Source: Selaginella moellendorffii | Taxonomy: Eukaryota; Plantae; Lycopodiophyta | DNA length: 50,950 bases | Assembly: GCF_000143415.4 (NCBI RefSeq) | Contig: NW_003314266.1 | Span: 4,084,229-4,135,178 of the forward strand | Reading direction: 5' to 3' | In this document: positions 22,698-36,210 of the stretch, piece after piece | Numbering within the stretch: the first letter of the stretch is position 1 | Layout: every line of letters begins with the position of its first letter | Notes under the pieces: generated by a model | What the model saw: only the letters and a program-made list of their open reading frames with translations | Told to the model about the DNA's origin: nothing | Database searches by the model: none | Made by a program: the position numbers and the translations under genes

Positions 22698-25500
22698 TGA
22701 TAATGATCTGAGTAAGAGAGAAAACAGGGTACATGGTCATGGCCGTGGCCAAATTTAAACAGGTCATAATATCACAGAATCTATCATAATAATGACTTTG
22801 ACTAGGACTAACACTCCCACTCTGGCGCAGTAACTCAGACTCTCTCTCTCTCATGCGCGAGTACGCAATAGCTGCGCCAGCACCTCACGACCGCTCCTGT
22901 TTCTCCTGCAACTGTAAACGGTTGCAATTGAGAGCAAATTTATCCTGTGGAAGAGACTTGGTCAGCATATCAGCAAGCTGCTCAGTGGTAGAGCAAAATT
23001 GGAGGACAATAATGCCCGCTGGACCTGCTCTCGGACATAGTGATAACGGAGCTGAATGTGCTTAGTTCTGTCATGGAACTTTGATGTAGCTGAAAGAGCA
23101 ATAGCGCTAATGTTGTCACAAAGTAACATCGTGGGCTGAACAAGAAAATGTCCAAGCTCTGTGAGCAATAAGCGAATCCAGACAGCCTCTTTGCACGCTG
23201 AGCACGCAGAAATATATTCGGCTTCAGTAGACGACAGAGCTGTGATGCTCTGTTTCTTGCTCCTCCAAGTCAAAGTTGAGGCACCGAGAATAAAAACGTA
23301 GGCGGATGTAGATTTGCGGGTGTCTTTGTCACCAGCCCAATCTGAGTCGCAGTAGCCGCGCAAGTGGAATTGCTCATCTGGGACACGAGAATATGTAAGC
23401 GCCAAGGATTTCGCCACGACTCCCACTGCATGCGCTAAATCTGGGCCGGTACAAATAACAAGATAAATCAGACTACCAACAGCTGCACGATACGGAATCC
23501 TCTCCATGGAATTGCTCTCAGCTTCAGTGGTTGGTGACTGAGTTTTAGAAAGCTGAAGAGTAAGCTCCATAGGTGTGGAAACTGGAGTACTGTCGTGCAT
23601 ATTAAAGCGTTTGAGAATTTCGTCCACATAGCGCTGCTGAGAAAGATGAATAGTTCCACGGGACCGGTCTCCAATAATATTAAGACCAAGACAAATTAAT
23701 ATCTCCAAGATCGTACATCTCAAATTGAGAAGAGAGCTGCTCTTTGATCTTATGTAGAAAAGAAAGACAATTTGCTAGTAAGATCAAATCGTCGACATAT
23801 AACGCAATAAGGACCATCGTCTTTTCAACATGTTTCTGGTACACGTTCTGATCAGCAGCATTTCTTGAAAATCCGATAGAAATGAGAAATTTGTCCATTT
23901 TGTCGAACCAAGCTTTAGGAGACTGTTTAAGACCATATAAAGCTTTCTTGACCACCCCGGGCTCCCTCTGGTTGCTGGATGAAAATTTCTTCAGTAAGAT
24001 CTCCATGTAAAAATGCTGTACGAACATCCATTTGATGCACCTCGAGATCCTAAAGCTAGCAAAACTCGAATAGAGGCCATGCGAAATAGCCATTTTGTTG
24101 AGACCACCTGGCGGTCAGCTGGCTTTGAAACGAGCGTCCAAGTGTCGTTCTTTTGAAGCGAGAGATACTCAGAATCCATAGCAGCTCGCCACTCCACAGC
24201 ATGAGGACCTGTGAGCGCTTCAGTCACCGTTCTTGGCTCAGGACCATCTTTAGAACCAACTTGACCGCGACCTGAAAAAGTGTTGACTCTCGGCAGCATC
24301 CTGAGCTCGTTGAGATGGAAAAAGTGGCCGGCCAGAACGAGAATAGCCGACAGGGTCACACTGAGAACGAGGCCGCTCAACGGGACGAGATCTAGCTCTG
24401 GTAACTCAGGTGGCGGTAAGGTGGGGTTGATGTTTGCTCCGGCGGATGAAGAGGCGGTGGAGGATTGAGTGGTGGAGGAGGAGGTTGTTGAGCTGCTGGT
24501 GGAGCTCCCCTGAAGCTGGAAGCACCGGAACTTCTTCCACAAGTCGCCAAGTTGAAGGAGTTGGAGTGGAAAAAACCTTCACATCACGTGCTGGGAAAAA
24601 CTGCCAGTCTAAGAAGGACAAAATTCTGTATGCCTTTTGTGTCCTCGCCATAACCAACAAACACACCCTTGATACTGCGAGAGGCAATCGAGCAAGGTTC
24701 TTGGCATAAACTAAGCAACCGAATACTCCAAGGTGTGCAACGGATGGCTTCTTTCCAGTCCATAATTCTTCTGGAGTGATATTAGAAAGAGTAGATGTTG
24801 GAAGACGATTGCGAAGATAAGCAGCGGTAACAATAGCCTCTCCCCAAAAAGATTCTGGACAACCAGCGCCAAGGAGCATTGCACGAGTAGACTCGACCAA
24901 CGTGCGGTTCATGCGTTCTGCTGCTCCTTTCTGCTGTGGCGTCCCTGGAACGGTGAATTGCTGAACAATTCCACAATAGTTTTGAAATTTCTTGGAAACA
25001 TACTCACCGCCATTATCAGACCTCAGGATTTTGAGGGATTTGCCAGTCTGCTTCTCTGCTCGAGACCGAAAATCCACGAAGAGGGAAAACACTTCCCTTT
25101 TACGAGACATAACTCTCGCCTGGAATAATCGTCTATAAATGTGACAAAATATGTGTTGCCACCAAGAGAAGCAATTGCCATAGAACCAACATCAGAGTGA
25201 ACTAGTCCAAGGAGATCAGCTGCTCGTTCATGAGAATTCTTCGGAAATGGTGCACGATGAAGCTTGCCTTGAATACACGGCTCGCAAAAATCCAAAGGCT
25301 CCACTATATCCAGGTCACAAGCTGCAACAAGCTGCTTCTTAACAAGTTTCTCAAGAGCTTGCTGATGCACATGGCCAAAGCGTCAATTCCTTGGCCATAA
25401 ATATACGAGGAGGAGGCACTAAAATAGCATCAAGCTTGTAAATATCAGCATACCTGCTACCGTGCATTGCCTCGACCCCATCAAGAGAAAAAATAATGCC
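22698..25500 (-). mobile_element. Ty1/copia retrotransposon 3' part: degenerate pol, PPT and 116-bp 3' LTR (22698-22813)
   Basis: Gag-pre-integrase CEPCIQGKLHRAPFPK; integrase LRSDNGGEY and PQQKGAAERMNRTL; RT KALYGLKQSP and LYVDDLIL; RNase H GYCDSDWAGDKDTRKSTS. INT-RT-RH order. PPT AGAGTGGGAG at 22814-22823. Several frameshifts and deletions. Confidence 0.95.
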
Positions 25501-25538
25501 TCGTTGATCTCCAGAAAATTGACTAATAATCAGACTAC

Positions 25539-26044
25539 AGAGTGGGAGTAGGCTTCTGCCACGTGGCACAGGGTAGTTAGGTCAGTCGCTGGTGGCCACG
25601 GCCATCCTGTTTTCTCTCTTATTAGCGTCTCCTCAGATCATTATCATCAGATTGTAGATCCTGATGGTTCACCATGCTAGGAGAGACTTGTGCTTTCTGA
25701 TCAACAACTGCCGACTACACAGAGTACGGCAGAACATGGCAAGCAGTAGTACTGTTGCCAGTGTATTGGAGCAGCGTTTAATCCCTTTGTATAAGGGAGA
25801 TTTTGCAAATTGGGCTGCCCTCATGAAAGTTGTGTGATAATTGCGATGGGATTGTTTTAGGCAAAGAACTTGAACCAGCCCAAGGTGCTCCTGAATTAAC
25901 AGACTGGAAGTGAGCCTTATCTACAATGGTTATTGATCTAGGCAAGTAGTACATTCATTTTCTTGATCTTGATAATAATGCTCCCACAAATTGGGCTAAT
26001 CTAACCCAGTTTCTTGGTGCTCAAACGGTTGAACATGTGGTCAC
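25539..26044 (+). mobile_element. Oppositely oriented copia piece: PPT, truncated LTR, damaged PBS and gag start
   Basis: AGAGTGGGAG (25539-25548), LTR to TTATCA 25646, PBS lacking TGGTA. Reverse complement of 11266-11805. Interrupted at target GTCAC (26040-26044). Confidence 0.8.
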
Positions 26045-27761
26045 TATAAATGACTAATTTTTCCATTCTACTTTAGTCACTTAATCGCACCTCCAACCAC
26101 TTGGAGGAGTTTCATTCACAACCTCCATAAATCCCATTCAAGACTTGGGGCTTGCTAGCCCTGAAAAAAGCATCCCTGCCACTCAACCTTTGCACTTGGT
26201 CCAAGTGCTCTACGTGTCCGATCCCATGACCGACACCCCAAGATACCACCGACCTCTCAACCCATTACGCTAAGGCCATGCCCATTTAAATTGGTCACAC
26301 TGGTGGTCCAACACCACTTGCATCGCAGTTCCGTCTCTCAAGACTAGGCCATCCATCCATGAGTGATCATCCCAGATCCACTCCTTAGCATCTTTAGGAT
26401 GCCCCCAGATATGAGGAATAGCCTTCCCCAATATCTCTTTTCCAATCCCCACCAAGTCCCTTTTTGTCCATAGCTGTGTTTGCCAACACTGCCACTGGAT
26501 CAAGGCCCACAGGCCCGACTTCTAAGTCCCACTATCTTTTGGGACTTCCTCACCATGTGACTGTATCCTTGGTCACTGCACTAGAGGATTGCTTTTCTTC
26601 CTTTTCACTGTCTGAGATTTTGGGACAACATTTCGGAACACCATGGCCTTACGCGAGCCTCATGGGTACTCTCCCCACCTTCTGCCTTTTGGTGCTCTAG
26701 CCATGGGCTTAGAGCGAGGTTCCGTTGAGCCATGCCGGGTATCCAAGTAGGTAGTGCCACCCACACTTGAACTAGAAGCATCGACCATTCGATCTCCCGG
26801 GGGAACTAGAGCTGACTCTTGAATACTTCACCAAGCTACCCCACTTGTCGGTCCATATTCACTCTAGTCTTAGACTTCCCAGTGGTCAGCTCATCACCCA
26901 ACACTTGGGGGGCCAAACTAGCCTTTCTTGGCCAAACTGGCTCCACTGCAGTCCTCCCCCTTACTATACTTTTGGAGCTCACCAAACCCCCTAGGGTCTG
27001 GGACACAAACGCTTTGGGCTTTCACCCTCTCAGACTCGAACTCGGACTCGGATTTGGACTCGGACTTGGGCTCAGTCTTGGCCTTGGCCTTGGTCTCGGT
27101 CTCAGTCCCGGTCCCGGTCTCGGTCTCGGTCCCAGTCTCGGTCTCGGTCTCAGTCTCGGTCTCAGTCTCGATCTCGACTTCAGACTCCATCTTGGGTCCT
27201 TCTCGGACTCCATCTTGGGTCCATCTCGGACTCCATCTTGGGTCCATCTCGGGTCCATCTTAGACTCCATCTTGGGTCCATCTCAGGTCCATCTCGGACT
27301 CCACCTCGGGTCCACCTCAGACTCCACCTCGGGTCCACCTCGGACTCCACGGACTCCATCTCGGACTCCATCTCGGACTCCATCTCGGGTCCATCTCGGG
27401 TCCACCTCGGACTCCACCTCAGACTCTATCTCAGACTCCACCTCGGACTCTATCTCGGACTCCATCTCAGGTCCATCTTGGGTCCATCTCCGGGTCCATC
27501 TCAGACTCCGTCTCAGATCCATCTCGGACACTTCCACGTGTCATGTGTCGATCCTATTGTGTTCCTTTTCTAGAGACTCACTTATCTCTCACTTCGTGCT
27601 TGTTCGTTGAGCACTTCGTTAGGAGTTCCACTCCTGCTCTCGACCTTTATAGTCGGAGCTTTTAGTCCAAATGTGTTACGCTTGTTTGGTTTTCGCTTCG
27701 GCCACTACTACCTAGCACCCTTCTGGTTTCACTTTGAGGCCTAGGGATTTTGTGTCTCACA
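26045..27761 (-). repeat. LTR B1 of gypsy-like element (3' LTR)
   Basis: TATAAATGACTAATTT (decayed TGTAAGCGACTAATTT)...TCTCACA, followed by PPT complement ACTCCACCACCC. Confidence 0.85.
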
Positions 27762-30700
27762 ACTCCACCACCCATAAACAAAGTTCGATGTCCTCATCAA
27801 ATGATAAACCCTTTTATAAAGTAACACCCACACGTATTACCATTTTCATCCTTGGCACCCATCCAATATTTGTCTATGGTTTGACATTGAAGGCTCACCA
27901 TGCCTTGTCCATCCTCTAAGGAGCATAGTCTCTCCAATATAGAGACTTATTCGACCACCTAGGGTGGTTTGCTCCCTTTTATTGGTTCAGTTCCCGCTAA
28001 ACCCGTTAGAGAAATCTTCTCTAACTCAATTCCACTACTCATTCTCGAGTAGTCTCAGATTCCATCGACATAACCTTTACATTTTGGAACTTTTAATTTT
28101 GACTTTTCAGAGTCAATTTCCTAGATGTCTCTAACACCTTACATTGCACATGGTGCAACTCCAGTTCCCCATCCTAAGAAGTTCCTTACTTGAGAGCACC
28201 ATCATCCTCTCTTCGATATCGTGCCACATTTGGCACTAAGTTTCAGTTATCGTAATTTGTGCTAGGGCTGTCCATTGCCCTATCATTTTGCTACTTTACC
28301 ACTCCCTCCCTTGGAGCTTCCATTTTTGCCAAATCGGAGCAATTGGGAACCTATCTTTGGAAACACATTACCTTCCCATATTCCATTAGCGTCCAATACA
28401 TTAGTGTTCCTGGATTAACTTTGCCATTTGGCTTCTATCCCATGATTCCCATGGCCCTTTTTTTAGCCACTAGATTTTTGCTCCCATATTTGATTGTTGC
28501 ACCAAGCAACACATGATTGCCACCTCCATTCTCGAAGTATCCTTTCAATTCCATAGCAAAGACTTTGCTTTGCCAAGTCCAGAGGGTGTTTACCCTTAGT
28601 ACGTCTTTTTAGCATTTTCTATTGTGGGCTCTATCACAGGCCAACTTGAGACCCCCCCATGGATCTTTTATAAAGACTACTTTCCTCAGACTTATTATGC
28701 CATCGCATTGACATAGCTCATTTCCCTTAGGTGTTCTTCCCACTTGGTCATCTTGACCAAGCCACACCATCATCAATAATTCCAATCAACACTTTATACT
28801 TGGAACTTTATCTCTTAACCTCACAAAGACTTTGTCCTTGTTTTAGCCATAAGATCACATAGTGATTTAACCTTGGCATTTTAATAGGTTTGCCAATAGA
28901 TACTAGGTCTTCCAAACCTTTAAATTGTTCACCATGACCCCAAGGGCATCCCCCACATTTGGTGGTGCACCCAAGCTAGCCCTTCCGGCCAAGGGTCCAT
29001 AGCAATTGAGACTGGGTGTCCCCATCTCATTCACCATGTCCTTGGTGCCCTTCGCACCAAAGTGTTCAAGTTAGATATATTGAACCACACTAAGCAATCT
29101 AATCGTACATCACGACTCCGAGGCATCCCCCACTTGGCGATATGCCCAAACTAATCTCCTTACTAAGAATCCATGACCACCGAAAAATGAGTGTCCTCAT
29201 ATTCCAAACTATCACCTCACCCTAGTGAGTTGGGACTTAAACCCAAGCACTAGAGGGTCAGGACTCAAACCCAACCTCCGTATATGCATCTACGGACGGC
29301 ATCACACAGGATGCCTAGCGTGACTCCCCACGCCGGTGCACCAACTTATATTTAAAGCGCACTACAGATCACTGCTTAAGAACCTAGTTCCTCTGCATTG
29401 CCAAGTCTTCTCACTTGACAAGTCTATGATCATGCATGGACTCCTTTATGCTTGGCCCCATGGGCCACCCCTTTGAAGTTGGCTCCTTCAACTAGGGCAT
29501 TCGTTCCCCTGACCTGCCAATCTCACTTAGTAAGTCATCCGACCACTGTAACATGGTTCATGCATAAGTGTGAAAGTCCTTAACCATTGATTTTCGTTCA
29601 AAGCCCTCTCTTTGAACACTCGGGAACTACTTCCTTAACCTTGATAGCCTCGCCTTTTGGCAAGCTTTAAGACCACACTTCTGCTATGCCACTTTGATTT
29701 CGCGCGCTCTATAAACCATTTACACTTGGATGTCTAAGTACTTATCTACCTAGAGGAATGTTCAAGGAACTCTGTTCCTTAGCTTGCTAAGGTCTCTCTA
29801 TTTGTAAAATTTCCAATTGCCATATAATCTAACATGGACAATTCCATGTTTTAGACTCTCCATGGCATCATAATCGCTAGTAACAATATGCTTAAGCACC
29901 CACTTGATTTTCCACTCCCAACTTGTATAACCACCCTTGGTCATGCCTGCCAACTTTTATAGTTCAGTTCTATCTTTTTACTATTTGCCTTTTGGCCTAC
30001 TTATATACATTCCCTTTGGTTATTCTTCTTTAGATTAGGAAGATAGCTTTGCACTTTGTACCATGCATTAGCAAGTATCCATAGAGATGAACCTACTTGA
30101 CAACCTAGGGAGTGGTTCTTCAATCCGGGTTTGCTCACCTTATAATCCCACACATTGGGATTACCATTGCTACTTAGGGGCCTTTATATACCCATCACTA
30201 GCCTTGCCAAAATCCCTTTTTGGCTTTGTCCAATTTGGGTAGACAGACTTCTCCCGTCTCCGCAACCTTGGACATTTGGATAGCACCTCCTATCCATCAT
30301 TCGTTAGGGACTTTATCCTTTAGGCATTATCCATTGCCCTCACGACACCAAATACCCCCTCCTGGTGTTCTAGAGTGCTTGGGTGTCCCAATGATAACCT
30401 CTTTGGCAATGAGCATTCCCTTTACGACATTGATTTACTATATCGCAACATAAATAATTTATCCCCCATAAGGGTATATTTAACTTTCTTATCCCAATAA
30501 AAAGTCTTAGGTAGTTACCTTCTACCAGTTCAACTAATTATTTTACACCTTTTGCTTAGTTATTTTGTAGTTGTCAAGTCCTACAACTCATTGTTAGTGC
30601 TTCCACACTTCCATCATTATTTGGGTCACCACACTCCAATCGCATGCCTTCCAGCTTAGGCTATGTCATTCCCATTTCCATTAGGATTCCTTTGGGAAGG

Positions 30701-31814
30701 GGTTTTCATGAACCCACCAACTTTACCTCAAGGCATCATGTCTTGGCACATTCAGTGTCTCCACACCATCGGCTTTATAAGCCTACATTTACGACACTTC
30801 TTATTTATGTCTAGGTCTTTTACCAAGACCAATATAATTGTCTCTTATGCTAACTATCCATTAGCACTACACCATAGAGTTCATGCACAACTTTGTGTCA
30901 AAGTTGTTTTCTTTCGAGAAACTCTTTTCCATGACTTTTGCATGGCACCTTCTACCACTAATAAAATACCCACTGTTCTCATACTTGGATCTTAAGATCC
31001 TCCCCATCCTTCATGGGGCACCACACACCTTAGTGTAAATGCTTTTACCAATCCTTTAAGATCATCCCTTGACTCTACTCGAGTCATATAGCATTTTTGG
31101 ACTTTGCCAATCCAATGACCCACAAGGTCCTATTTTTGAGGTGCCAGCACACTGGAATACAACTTCATGTATTTATGTCCTACTCATAAGGACCATCTTT
31201 GCAAGTGTCATTCTAACACTTTATTATTTTCTATTCTCTGTAGGCTATCTTTGCCCTTTAGGACTATCCGTCCATATGATGAGAATATCGACTCATCCTT
31301 TGAGCACACCCCCAACTTCTTGGGTTTATTCCAGCATTTATAAAAGGTAACATCAGCTACCACTTCAAGGACTTGTGTCCTCATCCATACTTAACCTCTC
31401 ACGGTCATCCATTCCGGTCTCACCTTTATGAGCACCAGCTTCAACTATGTGAGGATAATTTTGTGACTCCTTTATTGTTTTGGAGTCTCTATCTTTCCCG
31501 TGATCCCAACTGTAATTATTTACCACAACTACATTAGCCAATTTGTTACGTCAAATGCTCATCTAGATCACATCCTCAACTCCCTAAAGAAACCCTTATA
31601 CTATTCCTAAAATCCCGAAGTCGTTCCATTATTAGCCCTTTTCTATCCACCGCCTCACCTACAAGTTCACACATGAATTGTAGTGGAGAGCCATGTCTTC
31701 CCGACATGCTACTCAAGGATAGACCCACTCCTAAGACCTTCCGATGGCAACACTAGCGATGATATACTTGAGCACCAATAAAAGTCAGACTAAGGAACAA
31801 CTCCGATACCAAAT
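27762..31814 (-). mobile_element. Degenerate internal region of gypsy-like element, subfamily B
   Basis: Colinear, diverged homologue of 4342-8406; PBS variant CTCCGATACCA at 31801-31811. Confidence 0.8.
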
Positions 31815-32669
31815 TGTAAGCGACTAATTTTTCCATTCTATTTTAGTCACTTCACCACACCTCCGACCACTTGGAGGAGTCTCATTCACAACCTCCATAA
31901 GTCCCATTCAAGACTTGGGGCTTGCTAGCCCTGAAAAAAGCATCCCTACCACTCAACCTTTGCACTTGGTCCAAGTGCTCTATGTGTCTGATCCCATGAC
32001 CGACACCCCAAGATACCACCGACTTCTCAGCCCGTTACGCCAAGGCCATGCCCATTTAAATTGGTCACACTGGTGGTCCAACATCACTTGCATCGCAGTT
32101 CCGTCTCTCAAGAACTAGGCCATCCATCCATGAGTGATCATCCTAGATCCACTCCTTAGCATCCTTAGGATGCCCCCAGATATGAGGAATAGCCTTCCCT
32201 AATATCTCTTTTCCAGTCCACACCAAGTCCCTTTTTGTCCATGGCTGTGTTCGCCAACACTACCACTTGATCAAGGCACGTAGGCCCGACCTCTAAGTCC
32301 CACTATCCTTTGGGACTTCCTCACCATGTGACCGTATCCTTGGTCACTACACTAGAGGATTGCTCCTCGTCCTTTTCACTGTCTGGGATTTTGGGACAAC
32401 ATTTCGGAACACCGTGGCCTTACGCGAGCCTCATGGGTACTCTCCCCACCTTTTGCCTTTTGGTGCTCTAGCCATGGGCTTAGAGCGAGGTTCCGTTGAG
32501 CCACGCCGGGTATCCAAGTAGGTAGTGCCACCCACACTTGGACTGGGAGCATCGACCATTCGATCTCCCGGGGGAACTAGCTCCACTGCAGTCCTCCCCC
32601 TTACTATACTTTTGGAGCTCACCAAACGCCCTAGGGTCTAGGAGACGAACTCTTTGGGCTTTCACCCTC
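31815..32669 (-). repeat. LTR B2, truncated
   Basis: Starts TGTAAGCGAC. Internal deletion at ~32580; breaks at TTCACCCTC and joins subfamily-A internal sequence. Confidence 0.8.
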
Positions 32670-33956
32670 GAGTTTAACGAATCATTTTGCACCTTTTGTT
32701 TAGTTGCCTCATAGTTGTCAAGTTCTACAACTCATTGCTGGTGCTTCCACACCCCCATCATTATTTGGGTCACCACACTCTAACCGCATGCCTTCCAGTT
32801 TAGGCTATGCCATTCCCAATTTCTATTGGGATTCTTTTGGATGGGGTTCTCGTGAACCCACCAACTTGACCTCAAGGCAGCACGTCTTGGCACCTTCGGT
32901 GTCTCCACACCATCGGCTCCACGAGCCTACCTTTATGACACTTCTTACTTGTGTCCAGGTATTTTTGCCAAAACCAATATGGTTGTCTCTTATGCCAATT
33001 ATCCATTAGCACTACATCATAGAGTTCATGCACAACTTTGTGTCAAAGTTGTTTTCTTCTGGGAAACTCTTTCCCACGACTTTAGTATGGCACCTTCTGC
33101 CATCAATGAAATACATATTGCTCTCATACTTGGATTTCAAGATCCTCCCCATCCTTCGTGGGGCACCACACACCTCAGTCCAAATGCTTTCCTCAAGCCT
33201 TTAGGATTATTCCTTGACTCTATTGGAGTCATTCAACCTTTTGGACTTTGTTAATCCAACGACCTATGAGGTCCTACTTTTGAGGTGCTAGGTCACTGGA
33301 ATACAACTCCTTGTATTTATGTCCTACTCACAAGGACTATCTTTTGCAAGTGTTACTCCGACACTTGATTTGTTCTCTAAGGGCAACCTTTCACCCCTTA
33401 GGACCACTTGTCCATGTGATGAGAATACCAACTCATCCTCTAAATACACCCCCAACTCCTTGGGTTATTCTAGCATTTATTAGAGGTAGCTTTGGCTACC
33501 ATTTCAAGGACTTGAGTCCTTTTCCATATTTGACCTCCCGCGGTCATTACTTCTGGTCTCCCATTCATGAGCACCAACCTCAACTTCATGAGGGTAATCT
33601 TGTGACTCCTTTATCGTTTTGGAGTCTATATCTTCCCTGTGATCCCAACTATAGTTGTTTACCACAACTACATCAGCCAGTTTGCTGAGTCAAACGCTCA
33701 TCTGGATCACATCCTCAACTCAATGAGGAAAACCTTGCACTGTTTCCAAGATCCCAAAGTCGTTCCATTATTGACCCTTTTCTATCTACCACCTCGTCTA
33801 CAAGTTCACACATGAATTGTAATGGAGAGCCATGTCTTCCCGACCTGCTACTCCTCGAGGATAGGCCCACTCCTCGGACCTTCCGATGCCAATGCTAGTG
33901 GTGATATACTTGAGCACCAATAAAAGTCAGATTAAGGAACAGCTCTGATACCAAGT
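32670..33956 (-). mobile_element. Partial internal region of subfamily A with PBS (33942-33953)
   Basis: Near-identical to 7122-8406. Confidence 0.85.
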
Positions 33957-35779
33957 TGTAAGCGATTAATTTTTTCATTTTACTTTAGTCACTTAACCGC
34001 ACCTCCGACCACTTGGAGGAGTCTCATTCACAACCTCCATAAGTCCCAGTTAGGACTTGAGGCTTGCTAGCCCCGAGAATGGCATCCATGCCACTCCACC
34101 TTTGCACTTGGTCCAAGTGCTCCACATGTCCGATCCCATGATCGGCACTCCAAGGTACCACCAACATACCAGCCCGTTACGCTAGGCCATGCCCTTTCAC
34201 CTTGGTCACATCGGTGGTCTAACGCCACCTACATCATAGTCCTGTATCTCAAAGACTGGGCCATCCGTCCGTGAGTGATCATCCCAGATCTACTCCTTAG
34301 CATCTTTAGGATGCCCGCAGACATGGGGAATAGCCTTCCCCGACAACTCTTTTCCAGTCCTCACCAAGTCTCTTTTAGTCCATGGCCGTGTTCACCAACA
34401 CTGCCACAGGCCCGACCACTAAGTCCCACTATCCTTTGGGACTTCCTCACCATATGACCGTATCCTTGGTCACTGCATTAGAGGCCTACTCCTCTTCCCT
34501 TTCACTGTTTGGGACTTTGGGACAACATTTCGGAACACTGTGGCCTTACGCAAGCCTCCTGGGTACTCTCCCCGCCTTTCGCCTTTAGGTGCTTTAGCCA
34601 TGGGCTTAGAGCAAGGTTCCGTTGAGCCACGACAGGTATCCAAATAGGTAGTGCCACCCACACTTGGATTGGGAGCATCGGCTAGTCGATCTCCCGGGGG
34701 AACTAGAGCTGGCTCTTGAACACTTCACCAAGCTACCCCGCTTGTCGGTCCATGTTCACTCTAGTCTTGGACTTCCCAATGGGCAGCTCATCACCCAACA
34801 CTGGGTTCGGCCTTCCTGGGCCAAACTGGCCTTTCCTGGCCAAACTAGCTCCACTATAGTCCTCCCCCTTACTATACTTTTGGAGCTCACCAAACCCCCC
34901 AGGGTTTGGGAGACAAACGCTTTGGGCTTTCACCCTCTCAGACTCAAACTCGGACTCGGACTCGGACTCGGACTCGGACTCGGACTCGGACTTGGGCTCG
35001 GTCTCGGCCTCGGCCTCGGCCTTGGTCTCGGTCTCGGTCTCGGTCTCGGTCCCGGTCTCGATCTCGGTCTCGCTCTCGGTCTTGACTTCGGACTCCATTT
35101 CAGGTCCATCTCGGACTCCATCTCGGACTCCATCTCGGGTCCACCTCGGACTCCATCTCGGGTCCATCTCGGGTCCACCTTAGACTCCATCTCGGACTCC
35201 ATCTCAGACTCCATCTCGAGTCCATCTCGGGTCCACCTCAGACTCCATCTCGGGTCCATCTCGGGTCCACCTCGGACTCCATCTTGGACTCCATCTGGGG
35301 TCCATCTCGGGTCCACCTCGGACTCCATCTCGGACTCCATCTCGGGTCCATCTCGGGTCCACCTCAGACTCCATCTCGGGTCCATCTCGGGTCCACCTCG
35401 GACTCCATCTTGGACTCCATCTTGGGTCCATCTCGGGTCCACCTCGGACTCCATCTAAGACTCCATCTCGGGTCCATCTTGGGTCCACTTCGGACTCCAT
35501 CTCGGACTCCATCTCGGGTCCATCTCAGGTCCACCTCGGACTCCATCTCGGACTCCATCTCGGGTTCATCTCGGGTCCACCTCAGACTCCATCTCGGACT
35601 CCATCTCGGGGTCCTTCTCGGACTCCACTTCGGACTCCAGCTCGGGTCCATCTCGGACTCCATCTCGGGTCCCTTTTTGGAGCCTTGCTTATTGCTCGCT
35701 TCGTGCTCGTTCCTTGAGCACTTCGTTGGGAGTTCCACTCCCGCTCTTGACCTTTCAAGTCGGAGCTTTTAGTCCAATC
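33957..35779 (-). repeat. LTR A2, interrupted at 35779 by the DNA transposon; resumes at 49638-49726
   Basis: Uninterrupted LTRs read AGTCCAAA(C/T)GTGTTACG (10192-10208, 27664-27680). Here AGTCC-AATC-[element]-AATT-GTGTTACG. Confidence 0.9.
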
Positions 35780-35803
35780 AAGCTCTATTTCGTTAAAGTG
35801 GGA
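35780..35803 (+). repeat. Left terminal inverted repeat
   Basis: Exact reverse complement of 49610-49633 and 4225-4248. Confidence 0.97.
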
Positions 35804-36210
35804 ATTGTCATTATCCCACTTGTAAAATAAGGTTTCCAAACCTTTATATAGTATATAAATATAACAAAATTCAACTGCATTGAGGCACATGCCATTTTAT
35901 TTTAAACAAGGAAATGTCTACTCAATCACTTCTCACTGCTTCACCTCTCTCTTCTCCTTGTCATCGTCGTCCAATTTCTTTCCATCCTTTTAATATTGGC
36001 TCAGTTGCTCCGAGTCTAGGTGGAGCCCAAGTCCCCATTCAATCTTTACTTTCCCCTTATTAATAAAACAACTTCGTAGACTTCCAATAACATGCTGTAA
36101 CACTTCTAGTATAATGCAAATCCTCTCAAAGAATTGTCTTTTAATATTAATACAATGGCATGGAACCCCATGCCATAATAAGTTACATTTTTAAATAAAT
36201 ACATGCCATC

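Noticed and set aside
11708-22813. Copia LTRs at 11708 and 22698 enclosing the host genes as one transducing element
   Set aside because: The PBS and PPT lie outside the enclosed interval, the LTR middles differ, and the flanks TCTGT and ACAAG do not match.
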